DNA of 64,000 nt, from positions 64,001-128,000 of the forward strand of contig JABIAG010000001.1 of the NCBI GenBank assembly GCA_018653365.1, written 5' to 3'. The translations under genes and the position numbers were made by a program. The notes under the pieces were generated by a model, which saw only the letters and a program-made list of their open reading frames with translations, was not told the origin of the DNA and did no database searches. Source of the DNA: Candidatus Woesearchaeota archaeon (lineage in GTDB: Archaea > Nanobdellota > Nanobdellia > Woesearchaeales > JABIAG01). Of this stretch, positions 1-15,000 are shown one piece after another; position 1 is the stretch's first letter, and each line of letters opens with the position of its first letter.

Positions 1-1
1 T

Positions 2-3000
2 GTAGAAACTTTTAATCTAATAATTGATAATAAAAAACCAGACATAACTATATATAAAAATACAAACATCTTTGATGACTTTACTGAAACAAACGCAGGT
101 CCACCTCAAGAATTACTAACAAACCCCAGTGTAAAATCCTCAGACACATTTACTTTAAAATGTAGAGACATAAGACAAAGAGTGCCCCAACCAAGCGCAA
201 CAAAATGGTTCTCTCAATCAGACCCTGCAACAGGAAGCTCAAGCGTTGATACAATTTCATTAGATCGAACAGTGTTCCGAGATCAAATAATCATTGTACC
301 AATATATTCTTATGAAGTAATGATAAGCCAGAAAGTTGGAAGTTGTAATTATTTAACTGAAGTATACGAATCTGGAAACAAAATAGCAGAATCTCTAATT
401 TTAAAAGATTCACAAATAACCGTAAACCAATTCAATAATTTCATATTTGAAAATCTAGAAATGAACGGAGAAAAATCATACACTTTCAAAATCAAAAAAC
501 AAGGAACTTGTACTGGCGTAATTAATGGCGAACCAGATTCAAAAGTAGTTTTAGCAGACGATTCACATCTTCCAACCGAAGCAGGATGCCCTGAAATATT
601 ATACAGCAAAACAAACGTAGCAAGCCTAACACAGTTCATAGAAGGAATTGATGATTTTAGTTTAGGCACAACAAGAGTTGTTTATACCAGTGCAACTGAC
701 TTAGAAGGCAATGTAAATGCAATAAATTTCAATTTTCAAGACAAAGTAGATAGTAAAGCACCAGTAATAGGAGAGCCAGTAATTAGCGTACCAAACGATC
801 CTGATAATTACATACAATCATCCGTAGACGTTACAGGTGTAAGTGTAACAGTAACAATAAAAGATGAAAAAGCACTATTAACCCCAAAACCAACTGCCTG
901 GATAAGAGTAATAAATTATACGAATCCTGCAGAAGCAGGACTGCCAAAGCACTGGAATCAATACCCCTTAGCAACTACAGATGCATTCTTAGCAGATCAA
1001 CCAATGACTTACACAGGAACAATAACCCTACAACCTGGACGAAATAAAATATTTATTTTTGCACAAGACGACATTGGAAGAATACAACAAAAAGAGGCAA
1101 CACTAATTTATTATGTGGATGAAATAGCACCCAACTTAGCAGAAAACGGAATATTTATTGAAAATACAGATCCGTTAGGAAGCAATGCAGATTATATTCC
1201 TGCTGAGAATAAATTCATATTAGAAAAGAAAACAAATTATACCTTCACAATAGAGGGTGAAGATGAAAATTATACTCGTTTGATTAGTTCAATCAGGGTT
1301 GAATTCCCTGCAAATCCAGGATTCGATTTCGACCTAGTAGAAGATGATAATATTGTAACTCTTAACACATTTGAAGAAAACTTAACTCAAGAGGTGGGAA
1401 GTTTCATACCTGTTGGAGATGCATACACCTTTAATGTACTCATAACAGACGCCGCAGGAAATGTTAAAACAGAAACATTCAATTTTGAGGTCGTAGATAC
1501 GTCTGCACCAGTAATATTAAGCGCAGAAATAATTTGTACTGACAGATGTGTAGATGAAAGTACAGCTACCGATCAAATATACCGACTTGGAAAAAGACCT
1601 GCAATACATACAATACGAGTTGTGTTTGACGAACCAGTAACTAGAAATATAGAAGAATTTGAGTATTTAGTAAAACGTGGAAGTTGGCAATCAAAAGCAC
1701 CCCCTGCAATCGCACAATTCAGAGATGCAGACGTAGCTAAAACAGAAAGGTATTTCCAATTTACCATTTTTGGAAGTCCTGACGAAACAGAAGCAAAAAT
1801 AGAATTACGAGGAATACACAGTGCAGATTCAGCAACGCCCTTAACATTTGATTCAACAGAATACTTTACACTAATAAAAGATTTAGAAGTACCTTCACAA
1901 CCAACAATTGAAACTCCTCAAGACAACACGTTTTATCAAACTGGTCAAACAGTAAGTTTTAGAGGAATAGCAAGTGACTCAAAATATTTAGAAATAAGAC
2001 GAACCAACGAACTAGATTTCTTTAATGATGATCCGTTTGATCTAAATCCCAAATTAAATCCAAACACTATAAGCGTATCAGAATCAAATATAGTATATGA
2101 CGCAAGTCAAATTTGCATACCTTATACTACTTTGTTAACAAGAATAGCAGATAAACAAACATTGCACGATAATAGTGGAAGTTACCTCTCAATTGGAGGA
2201 AGTACATATTATTACCAATACACGTTTGACCAAACACAAACCAAACCATACGACCAAACAGCATGTGGCGCAACAGAGGATACAGATGTCTACCACACAA
2301 TCAATTTGGTCGGGGGACCAGCAACACTTCCAACACAAAATGGAGTTGTAAACCTAGACATATATACAAATGAGGACCCTGCAGGATTATTCGTCTTTAG
2401 CAATGACACAACCCTGCTTCCACAAGATACTTATGTGTATGAATTTGTAGCAATAGACTCAGTAGAAAATAAGGCAGACCCAAAAGAATTAACCTTCTAT
2501 GTAGATAAAACCCCTCCTTCATTTCATATAACCCCCTTACATAATTCCCGTTCAGACCTAAAATATGATGCTACCGTAAACATTTTTGAAGACTTTGACC
2601 TAGATTCAATAGGACAATACAACTCCTTGGATTTGTCAACAGTAGAATTAAATTTAACTAATGCCGTGACTAGCAAATCATTAATCATAACAGATATAAC
2701 TCCCGGAAGCCAAACATACACTCCTTTCGCAGGTGCAATTCAACCCTCAACAAACGTACAAGTACAAACTGAAGGAGAAATAACACATATAAGTATTCCA
2801 AAAGAGGTTTTTAGAGAGTCAGACATAATCGCACAAAGAGAGTGTACTGGAAGTACAGGAAATTCAGACTTGGTAAAAATCCAGGTAATTAATGCTGTTG
2901 ACAAAGCAGGAAATGCAGCAAGCTCGATTCCTAACCTATTTACTTACGATCCTTGCTCATATGGAATAACAATAAATCTAGATCAAGCATTACAAGGAAG

Positions 3001-6000
3001 AACGGTACCCGAAGCTTATGAACCAAATAGATTTCAGGGAGCAGCAAAAGCATACGAACGACATTATTATGTAAATAATGATGGAATGGATGTGGATTTA
3101 AACGTAATTTATGATGTAAGTAGTATACCTGGGTTTAAGGCAGGAATCTCATCAGCAAAAGCAGAAGCAGTATATCAAGACCCTGGAACAGAGATAGATG
3201 CAATATCAATAACAGAAAGCGTAGTTAATAATCACGTTGTAAGATTCCATGGATTAGAAAATGGAAAAGACTACCAAATTGAACTAACATCAAACTTAAT
3301 AGATATAAACACCCCCACAAACGTGGGAGAAGACTACTTTCATTACTTGTGGATCCATGTTGATAATGAGGCACCAGTAATAAATAGCATATCCTCGCCA
3401 GATTCAGTGTTATCCCCAAGAATAATACAAGAAGCATACGTGAATGAAGAGAATGATGTATTAAATTTAAATGTCGAATTTGTAGAAGTAAGCAACACTC
3501 CTCAAGAGACAGGATATAAACTTAATACAACTACCTTAACATTAAACGAACCAAGTTTTGATGAAACACAAGAAGTACTTTATTACGATGCAAGCGGAAA
3601 CAGTCTGTATAATATTGAAGAACCTAACTTAGTTCTAAAAATAGATCCTTCCGAAGCACTAGCTCATGATGGCTGGTTAAACAAACCAATAGAAATAAGA
3701 TTAGAAGATAAAGCAGGAAATGAACATTTCATGACCTACATTAATTTTTACATAGATTTAAACAAACCGACTATAACTGCACAAGCAGATAATCAACCCG
3801 AAGCGTGGAAACAACACTTGCCAGATACAGGGGATGATGTAATCATACTTTGTGAATGTACTGATAATGATGAATCAGGATGTCAAAACGAATTAACATA
3901 TTATGTAAGTGAAAAACTAAGTCAAGAAGTATATGAAGATGATGAAAGAGTATCCGAATTAATTAATGATTCTTATAGACTTAGTTCAACCTATTCTACA
4001 GGTCAAATAGAAAATCTAGATAATTTTGAAGAAGGAGATGAAGGTTATTACGCAATAGGATGTTACGGAGTAGATAATGCAGGAAATGTAAACTATTCAG
4101 TAACTCGAGCACACATAGATAACAAAGGCCCATCAATCTTACCCCAATCAAATCCAACAGCAGCAAGCTCATCATTCTATCATGTTGACAGAGGAGAAGA
4201 CAAATACTTTACAATGTATGATAATCCAGAAATATACTTTAAAACAAATGAGGAATCACGATGTGGAATAGCATTTGATTACTCAATAAATCCTCCAGCA
4301 ACCATTCCATTAACTGAGGTAACATCAACAAAAGAACACAGATTTACCATAAATCCTCCTTCGGGAATTTTAGCACCTCAAGGAAATAGAGTTCACATAA
4401 AATGTCAAGATATTAAATCTAATTCTGAAACAAAAACCCTGGAAATATTGAAAAAATCACAAAGTTATACTCTGGATCTAACTATTAGTGGGGTGAATAC
4501 AGGAAAAGTATATACTGAACAAAGTATTCCAAGTCAGTTTGACCTAAGAGTAACAGAACCTACTGGTCGATTTAAAGTGGGGTGTGAATACGACTTTGTA
4601 AACCCTGCAGACACTTTAATGTTACAAAACATTTATGCAAATTTAACTAAGGATTCAGAATTTAGTACAACACAACAGGTAAGATACTCAGATTTTAAAG
4701 ATGCAACAGGACCCTTTACAGGATTGCCTGGAACCGGCGGACAATATTCAGTAGATGTAACTGCCAATTGTATGAATTTCTATGGTAAAGAACCAAGTCC
4801 TGCTGTAACTGGCCAGTTCGCATATCAACCAAATACTCAATTAGATGTAGTGTTAGTTGAACCTGTAGACGGACAAAAGTATAATAATCTAGACGATGTA
4901 TTCATTAGAGCAGATACAAACATATTCGGAAATCCTACAGGTCTTACTTGTTTTTTCTCAGTAAGTTCACCACAGTTCAATCCAAATCAGAAAAACATGG
5001 ACAGTTCAGCACTAATCTCTCAAACTTTTTCAGGATATTCATCTGTGTTTGTTCATGACGGAATACCAAATTATTTAATTGGAGAGGTTGGAGAAACTTA
5101 TCAGGTTGCAGTAACCTGTATTTTTGGATCACAAGCAGCATTCTCACCTCCTTCAATAAGTATATTAATCGATGACACTCCTCCACAAATAACTGGATTA
5201 ACAGTATATGATAAACGTTGTGATGATGTCACTAAACAAGTCTTACCTCTTTATGATCCTGGAACCGGAGCAGTATACTATGCAAAAGAAACAGAAATTT
5301 GCGTAGAATCAGAAATAACCGAAGCATTAACAGAAATAGAAAGTGTAGAATTAGAATACCCAAGTAGTACAAGAGATATAACTGCAAATTTTAAAAATAC
5401 AATTCCAGGAAACGGCATATTAATAACAGCAACAACCCTAAACTTAAATTTACGTGAAGGAGACGAAGAAGAAATAATCTTACGAGCACAAGATACAATA
5501 GGAAATGCACCCTCAACATTCACAAGAAAAATAATTTTAGACCAAACCCCTCCTGTTATTGACTCAATAATAATTAACCCCACAGGCAGTTTAGGAACAC
5601 CATTAATGAAAGATAACAAATATATTTACAAGGTAGCAGATGACGAACCTTTAGAAATATCTGTAACAACCGATGAACCAGCTTTGATAAAACTATTTGA
5701 ATTCAGCGAATTAGATGCATCTTCAGATTATGTAACTACTGATTTTTTAAATACCTTATTAACAATAGGGGAACACACATATAAAATAAATGCAACCGAC
5801 AGAGCAGGAAATTTACAAACATCTCAAGAATTAGAAATTGTAAATGATCACATCGCACCACGAGTAGATGCTGTTGCAAATAATAAACCAAGTTATTTTG
5901 AAATAAGAGGTCAAAACTTTGGAGTTTTAACACCCACTCTAGAATTATATTTCAGAGATGCAACCGGAATAAAATATGGAAACTTTACAACCTACCGAAT

Positions 6001-9000
6001 GTTTAGGAGTGGGCCAAATGTAGATCAAGCAGAAAAATTAACACATGAATGGTTAGAAGTAGTCCCTGAAAATTTAGGTAACGACCAATACAAATTTACC
6101 TTAGATGTTGCATCAGATTTAATACCCAATGAGGTATATTGGGATGACTTCCATTATTATATTGCATATGATGTGATGGATAATCTTACAAACACAGGGG
6201 GAGAAAACAATTCCAATCATTTTAACTTTGGGGTGAATGAAGAAGCACCACAACTTCATTCAGCAAGTTTAGAAAACCAATATTGGCAAAACCCAAAACA
6301 AACACTGATATTAACCTACAACGATGAACCAACAAAAAGGGATCAACACGTTAAAATAAACCGGTTTGAAGTAATCGAAAATTCATTTACTGCAGCAGCT
6401 ATGGCAAAAGTTGATTTTGAAAACTACGATGCATATTTGGAAGGAGAAGTTATTCCTAATGAAGGGACTGGAAGAAGACAGTTTACCATAACTCCTAACA
6501 CTGAATGGACTTGCAGCCATTGTATATTTAGGTTAGAGGAAGCAAGAATTGTATTGCCTACGGGAGAACCTGCAAATTCAGCATTCCAATTCGGAGAGAT
6601 ATTATTCTATATTGACAAAAATGATTCAGAAATAATGGAAATAGAATTAGATGCAGATACAAACTTGTTGTATAATGCTGAAGACTTAAGATTAAATGCG
6701 CATATGACTGAACAAACCTTAAGTGGTATAAGAACTAAAGATGACACAATCACATTATTGGTCAGATTCAAGGATGAAAAAATAATTGATGGAAGAGAAA
6801 CTAGAAATCTAACAATAAAACTTGACGGAACACCCATATTTAATGGAGAGGTAGAATCAGACAGAGATGAAGACACACACTCAGTATACGAAAAAACACA
6901 AGAAATAACATTAGTTCCAGGAACTAACACAATTACCGTACAATCAACAGACCTATCTGGAAGACAATCAACAACATTCACAAGAACCCTTTGGTTAGAT
7001 GAAGAAGAACCAACGTTATCTAATCTTGGTTTTGTTTATGAAGATAATATTGTAGATTTGTCAACAACAGAACTAGTATTTAAAACCAATCTGGTCGACT
7101 TTGATTTAACAGGAACTTATACTACAGATGATGATGCAACAATATACTTAGATGGGACAAGTTATACAACAGATGGAGTGCAACCTAGTGGAGCATTCAC
7201 AATACCAAATATAGTTCTAGATCAACCATCTATTGGAAACGAACAAGAAAACAATTTTGACATAGTAATTGAGGACAGTGTTGAAAATAAACAAATAACC
7301 CCTTTAAAGGTAATAGTAGATAAGTTAGCTCCTGAGTTAATATTAGTAGATACCACAAATACTGAATTAGACTTGGTTGGGGGAAACCAAATTTACTATC
7401 GATACTTAAGTGATGATATTAACTTAACTGTAAAAAGCACAACTGAAGGATTAGCTGGATGTAAAATGTACTTCGGAGGATTACCTGCAGCAGATATGAC
7501 AGAAACAATAACTAATGAGTTCTTTTACGAAACTGGAACTCTAGTTGGAAATTATGACTTCTATATAGTGTGCGAAGACAATTTTGGAAATCAAAATCAG
7601 TTGGATAGCAGTTTATGGCAGTACACTGATCCTGTAATAACTGGAATCAACCCAGTATTAACACAAACACTATTTATACACCCCGAAGACTTTGAAAACG
7701 AATTTGACCTAAGAATAACCCCTGTACCAAATACAAATGAAATAAAATGTAAATACGATTTTATACTTGATGAAGGAGCAAGACCCAAATTATTAGATTC
7801 AAACCAGAATCCAATAAAGTTAACATACGAAGAAATGCAAGAAGATGATGAATGGGAACAAATAGCATTCTTACCTTGGGGAGGAAAAGGAAAAAATACT
7901 CTACGTGAAATAATTGGGGCAGGATATACTACAAATTATTTATCTGTAAATGTAACGTGTAAAGATAGAAGCGGAACCGAAATAGACCAAAAAGTTGATT
8001 TTGAAATTGATGATGACTTTAATCTACAATTCAAATTTGATTACCCTCCAACACACGAAGAAGTAAATTGGGTGGCAGATAAAAAAATAAGAACTGGTGA
8101 AATGTTCTCAATAATTGTAAATAGGCCAGATGCACAATGTAGTGTTGAGGGCACACCCGACATTGCATTATTAGGAAATCCAACAACAATTAACGATCCT
8201 GATTATAAATTAGCAACAAGATACGAATTTGAACAAACAATTGATTCAGGGGCATCAGGAAGACCAGCAAGCGTAGCATTACCTGATGATGCACAAGAAT
8301 TTACAGTAAACTGTCAAATACTCGGACAACCAATACAAACAAAAACACTAGAATTCATTGGAGACAATACCGCACCCGACGTACCACAATTAAACTTAGT
8401 TCAAACAGGCTATAATAAAACCACACAAACTGTAAGATTTACAATTGACAACCTAGAAAACGTTCTCGAAAATAATATGAATGATTCTGTTATAAAACTT
8501 CAAGCAGATAATATTAATGGAGGACCAATTTATCAAGATGTTGAGTATAATGTAAGTCCAGATACACTAAACAATTATGTATTTGAATTCGTATTTGAAG
8601 ATTTAATAAAAGAAACACTAACTGGTGAGGTAGAAGAAAAATACAACTTCTGGGTACAAGCATGGGATGACCTGGAACTAGGCCCTGTTTCAAGTAACAT
8701 ACTTGAATTAACTTATGATAACAAAAGTCCAACAATAGACTCATACGTAATAGAAAACTCAGTACAAAACGGAAATATATACTATGTTGGAAGCGATCCA
8801 ACTATAACCGGGACTGTAAGTGAAGTTGACTCTATTATAACCTTTGACGCGTTTACAACAACAGGAACAACAACCGGTAATGACTTTATAATAACAAAAA
8901 CACTAATTGACAATGCAGATATAATAATAAGTTTAAGATCAAAAGACGCATTAGAAAATATTGGAGAAGAAACATCAGAAATAATACTCCACAAAGATTT

Positions 9001-12000
9001 AACAGGGCCAACATTTGTAGATGCAACAGGTTCACTTAGTGAAGGAACTGGTTTTGAAGTTACAAAATTCAAAGAATTAAGTCAACTACTAATCACTTTT
9101 GAAGACAATTCAGGATTTAGCGCCGGACAACAACCAGTTTTAGCAAAAGCTGAAAGAGATAGTGCAGATGTAACTGGTGAGACCACAATTAGTTATTATG
9201 GTAGTTTAGATGAAAATTCTAATGGTTTTGACGAAAGGATAATCTATGAAATTGAGTTAGCAAGCGGATTTACTTCCCCTTCAGCAACAGAGGCATCACA
9301 ATATGAATTCGAAGTAGATGTAAAAGATTCATTTGGAACCCCAACAACATTTAATTTTAAATTTACAATCGATCCAAGAGTACCAGAAATAACTGTAGAA
9401 ACAGAAGGAAGAACCAGTATTAACGAATTCAAATTTAATATCAGCGACGATTCCAACAACATAGAAACAAGCACACTGACAATAGAACTTGAAGGAAACG
9501 AAGAGGGAATAACAAATTACGATTATGCAGATGGTTGTGTAATTAGCACACCCGTAACTAAACACGAATGTACTTTAACAACCCCCTTTACACAATCACA
9601 AACTGTAACCTACGAAATTTATGTGGAAGACGATTTAGCAAATTCAAATGAGCTAACTGGACAATACGAACATGATCTTACACCAATAAGCATAGACGAA
9701 TCAACAATACTTATTGAAGGAGAGGATTCAAGCTATGATATATTAGCAGATGGAAAAACAAATATTACTTTTGAAATCATAAATAACGAACCTCTGGAAG
9801 AAATCACTTGCAGTTATAGTTTAGATACTGACGCAACATATCAACAAATGATTGATGCAGGAACAAGCGAGGTAGTAACAATCATTTCAGACAACTTAAT
9901 CAAATTCTTAGACATTTTCAATTCTGTGGGATCCACAGAAGGAGCACACACACTATATGTTTCTTGTAAAGATGAATCAGGCAATGTAAATGAAAGTATA
10001 GACATACCTTTCACTGTAGACACACAAATTCCGGCAATCACCAATGTAGAGCTTACAACTGTTGGACCACATCAAGGCGGACGAAGTGGAGAAGACTTCT
10101 TATTCGAAACAGGAAACAATGTGTTAACCATAAGTGGAACATACACAAGTAACGATGGAATAATCGTGACTACAGAAGCTATGGGACAAACATACACCCA
10201 TACAGATGTAGTAAGTGATGGACAATTTAGCTTAACAACTGTTGTATTAGAAACACCAAGCTCTGGAGATGCAAAAGAAATCAATGAATTAATACTAAAT
10301 ATTACTGACAGTGCAGGAAACGTAAATGATACATTAAAAGTAAACATAACCCTAGATAAAGAAAAACCAAATTTAGAAATTGTTGAAACAAGTAATGCTT
10401 TAGTTGGAACCGTAGGAAATGATTTAGTATACTGGACAATTGCAAATGCTGATGTAAACTTAGCTGTTGAAGCAAACGAATACCTTGAAACTTGTGCAAT
10501 ACACTTTTCAGGATTAGATGAAACACTAACAACTAAACCCGCAGACAACAAATTCACTTATTCACTAGCTAATTTCGGAGGAATATCATGGGACTTTGAA
10601 ATAACCTGTACTGATCGATATGATAATGTAGAAACCTTATATTCAACTCTAAAAAAATATACTGAATCTTCCTTTGACGAAATTGAACTAAGAGTAAGCC
10701 CATTAATAATCGATAGTCCAATTTCTGATAATTTCGCTTTAGAGGTTCTCCCAAAACGGGCAGGATCCTACTTAGAAGACCAAGAATTACATGGAATACA
10801 ATGTGAATACGATTTCATAGGTTTAGGCGCACTATCTGAACAAAGTCAGTTCATAATTAATAAAGAAGAACTATATGATAATGGTAAGTGGGAATTACCT
10901 GCAAACTTACCTCGAAGTGATGGAAGAGGAGGAAACAAATTAAATACTCTGACAAACGCACAATACATAGTAAACGCTACTTGTAGAAATTTGAGAGGAA
11001 CTAAAGTAAACGCTTCCGCGAAGTTTGGAATAAATACTGAATATGATGCAAATTTCAAATTTATCTCACCAGGTGTAAACGAAGATGCAGTACATTGTGA
11101 AGACTGTCATGCAGCAAGAAAAGTTGTTGGCGGAGAAACAATAATAATCCTCGCAAACAAGGGAGACCTATCCTGTAATCTTGATGGTACAACTCCTTTA
11201 ACAGAGGGAGTACTAAACGGAGATGTCGACTTCCCACTAGGAGTAGAATTCTATTTCACACTACCTAATACTGGAGCAGATGGAAGTAGTGAAAACACTT
11301 TAGAGGTAACTTGTATATCTAACGCAGACATAAGTGACAACCAACCAAAAAGACTGTATTATTATGAAGATAATCAAGCACCACAAGAAGATCCAGTTAT
11401 AATCTTACCTTCTAACCGATTCAATAAAACAACACAAACAGTAACTGTAGGAATTACTAACCTGGCAGCATTAACAGAACATAACCTTCATGATGCATTG
11501 TTTATTATACACGCAAAAGACCTAAGTAATAATAACGAATATGAAAAAGAATTCCAAATTAATATCACAACAACAGAGATAACATTCGAATTTAATGAAC
11601 TAATAACTGACGATCCAGGAATGGACGCAGAAAAAGAGTACGAACTTTGGGCAGAAGCCTGGGACGATGTAAGTAATGGACCCGTAAGCTCAATAAGTGC
11701 ACCACTAACAATGTACTTTGATAATTTAGATCCTGTATTAAGTTTAGAATACACTGGAGTAGAGGGAGTTAATAGTTTAACTGCAAGGAATATTGCAATT
11801 AGATTAACTGAAGAAAGTAATTTGGATGTAACAGATGGAATCACCCCATTAATAACTTTGACAGGCGCTCAAGATGGAGATGGTTATGTATTTACTCCAA
11901 CAGAATACAAAACTTACATTCTAAAAGCAGAACCAACAGACCTAACTGGAAATAAAGGGGAATGGTCAAATACAATCAGTTTAACATATAATGATGAAGC

Positions 12001-15000
12001 ACCAGAATTTAGGGATGAATTACCCTCAGATAATGCGATTGTTGGCGGAACACAGGTAGACTTCAGCATAAGCGTAGAAGATGAAAATGGCTTAGATACA
12101 AGTACACTACAAGCATTCATAAATGGAACACCAATAACTCCTATACCAATAATTACAACAAGTAATGTAGGAACAAGAGGAATAATAACATTTACTCAAT
12201 TAGGAATGGCAGCAGAACCCTACAACATAACTGTATATTTGGATGACATGTTAGGAAATCAGGGAGAATTTGAGTGGACAGTAAACACCAACAATGATGC
12301 ACCAACACAACCCACCTGGACAGTACCACAATACACAAATAACAAATTACAACCTGTAACAATAACCTTTAACGAATTAGTAGTAATTGATGCTGCTGAC
12401 GCGGTAACTATTAATGGAGAAGTAATTACTGTACCTGCAACCCCTGCAACAACATTTACATTTACACCAACTGTTGACTTAATGGGTGATGACGAAGAAA
12501 AAACAATTAATGTTGTAGTTAACGCACACCTAAGTGGCGGAACTGGCGTGGACTTCCCATTCACAAAAACGTTTACTGTAGATACTATCGAACCTGTAGT
12601 AAACACGTTTGAATCAATACCTCAAGAAACAACAGTAGACTTAAATGAAATAACCCTTCTTGGAACGTTCACAGAAACCAATCTAGAAAAAATAGAAATA
12701 AACAAATCAACAAGAATATATGCGGCTAAAACTTATGCACTAACTTCATTCATAAACGAAAGTATAGAATTAGACCCAGAAGAAAATTCATTCAGTGTAA
12801 TAGTTTATGACAAAGCAGGAAATGAAGGGACTGCAACAATCTCAAGATATTACGATAATACTGTTCCCGAAATAAATGCTGCATCTTTACAAATAATTGG
12901 AGTAACTATAGAACAAGACGGAACCTGGATAGTGAGTGTTGAGGAAGGAGAAACAATCACATTAACTGGAACATACACATCAACAGAAGAGGTAACAATA
13001 ACAACGGATATAAATAATGGTGTGGTTACCGTTCCTCCTAATGCAGATACCTTCACAATAGTTGGAGAGTTAGATGGCACCGATGGAGCAGAAGAAACAA
13101 ATACGATCACGATAACTATCGATGATGGAACACACATAACCACAACAACATTAACAATTATTAATGATCGACAGGCACCAACAGCAACACTAGTACTGCC
13201 TGAACTTGGATTTACAAATGATGCAACCCCTGAAATAAAAATTTCTACAGATGAACTTGCAACCTTATGTAACATAACCTATCAAGCAAGTGAAACCGAA
13301 ATGACTTCTTCAGGCGCAGACTTTAGTTACACTTTCACAACAGCATTAGCAGAAACAGCCCATACTGTATTAATTGGATGTGAAGATGAACGAGGAAATT
13401 TCGAAACAACCCCTCTAGAGTTTACTGTAGATTTAACCTCTCCTGACTTTACAACATCTTTTGTAAACGCAGAATTACAAACTACAGACAATTTCCTATT
13501 ATTTAGTACAGACACAACACAATTACATATAGAAACGTTTGATGTAATCAAATGTAAATACAAACTTAGTACAGAAACACCTTATACGCCAATGAGTGTT
13601 AATTTTGGAAACAGCCATACTTCACAAGATTTAACCTTAAATAATGATGAATACATATACAACATAACTTGTGAAGATAGAGCAGGAAATGAAAAAGACA
13701 AAGAAGTAAACCTAACTGTAAATACTGCATTACAAATCCAGGCAACAGCTAACCTAAACGGAGAATCAATTAAGAATAATCAACCACAAGTATTTATAAT
13801 TACTGACAGGCCAGCAACTTGTACGCCAACAGGAAATGGCGCATATCATACTCTGGATGATACGGGAATTGAAATAACTGAATTCACAACTGCTGATGCT
13901 ACAACACATATTGCATACTTATCAAGCTTAGCAAGTACTCCCGCACCACTAAATGATGGAACCTACGCCTTACCCGTAACCTGTCAAGCACAAACTACTG
14001 GAATTAATGATGGAAGCATAAACGTACAATTCACTGTAGATACAAATCTTGATGCACCAGTAATAACTAATTTTGATGATTCCACTACAATCCCTATAGT
14101 TACAGCATACCCTGATATACAATTCACTGTAAATGAAGAAGTAAACGCAACAATATACGTTAACAATAATTTTAAACAAGTTTTAGAAAATATTCCTGCA
14201 GGAACCATTCATACATTCTCTAATGTACACTTAGCAAATAAAGGAGTGAACGTTATAACTATAAAAGGTGTTGATGCAGCAGGTAATGAAAATGCTGCCA
14301 GCGTATTAATAAATTTATCAACTGACAATCCAGTAATTGACGAAACCAAAGTCAGACACCCTGAACACAATGCGCTTTATGGTGGAATAAATGAAACATA
14401 TGTTTACTTTAATTCAGACCTTGCAATAACTAATGCAGAAGTAACATTGATCGGAGATCAAGGACTAATATACAATTCGGGAACAATAATTATTGATAAT
14501 GAACAAAGAAAAATAATTTACAATGAAACAGGAAGTTTGATAAGTGATAATTATACGTTCCAAATAAACATAACTGATTCTGCAGGAAGAAAAAGCGAGA
14601 ATAACCTAATTAGATTTGAAATTGATACAGAAGCACCAGTAATAACTGTACTAAGTCCAAACGGGGATGAAGTAATCACATCAACAACCACAACAGTGAC
14701 TGCAATATCAAATAAAGAATTAGAAAAAGCAACATTTACACTTAATGGACAAACACAAACACTAGCTCCAGTAATCCCTCCATTCACATTTACTACACAA
14801 AACTTGCCTGAAGGCAGACACGAATACGAAATAAATGGAACTCGATACTGTCCAACCACAAATTGTGGATTTAATACAGGAACATACAAAAATAGTTTCA
14901 TCATAGACATAACCGGACCAACATATTCAAACATAGAATACTCTGGAGGAATCAATCATCTAGTACAAATCATAAACGAAAACGTAGATGGATACACATA

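Noticed and set aside
11096-11110. CxxCH (CEDCH) heme-c motif in the giant protein
   Set aside because: Single occurrence in >6,000 aa, absent from the duplicated block, and no cytochrome c maturation genes in view; more likely a disulfide loop or chance.
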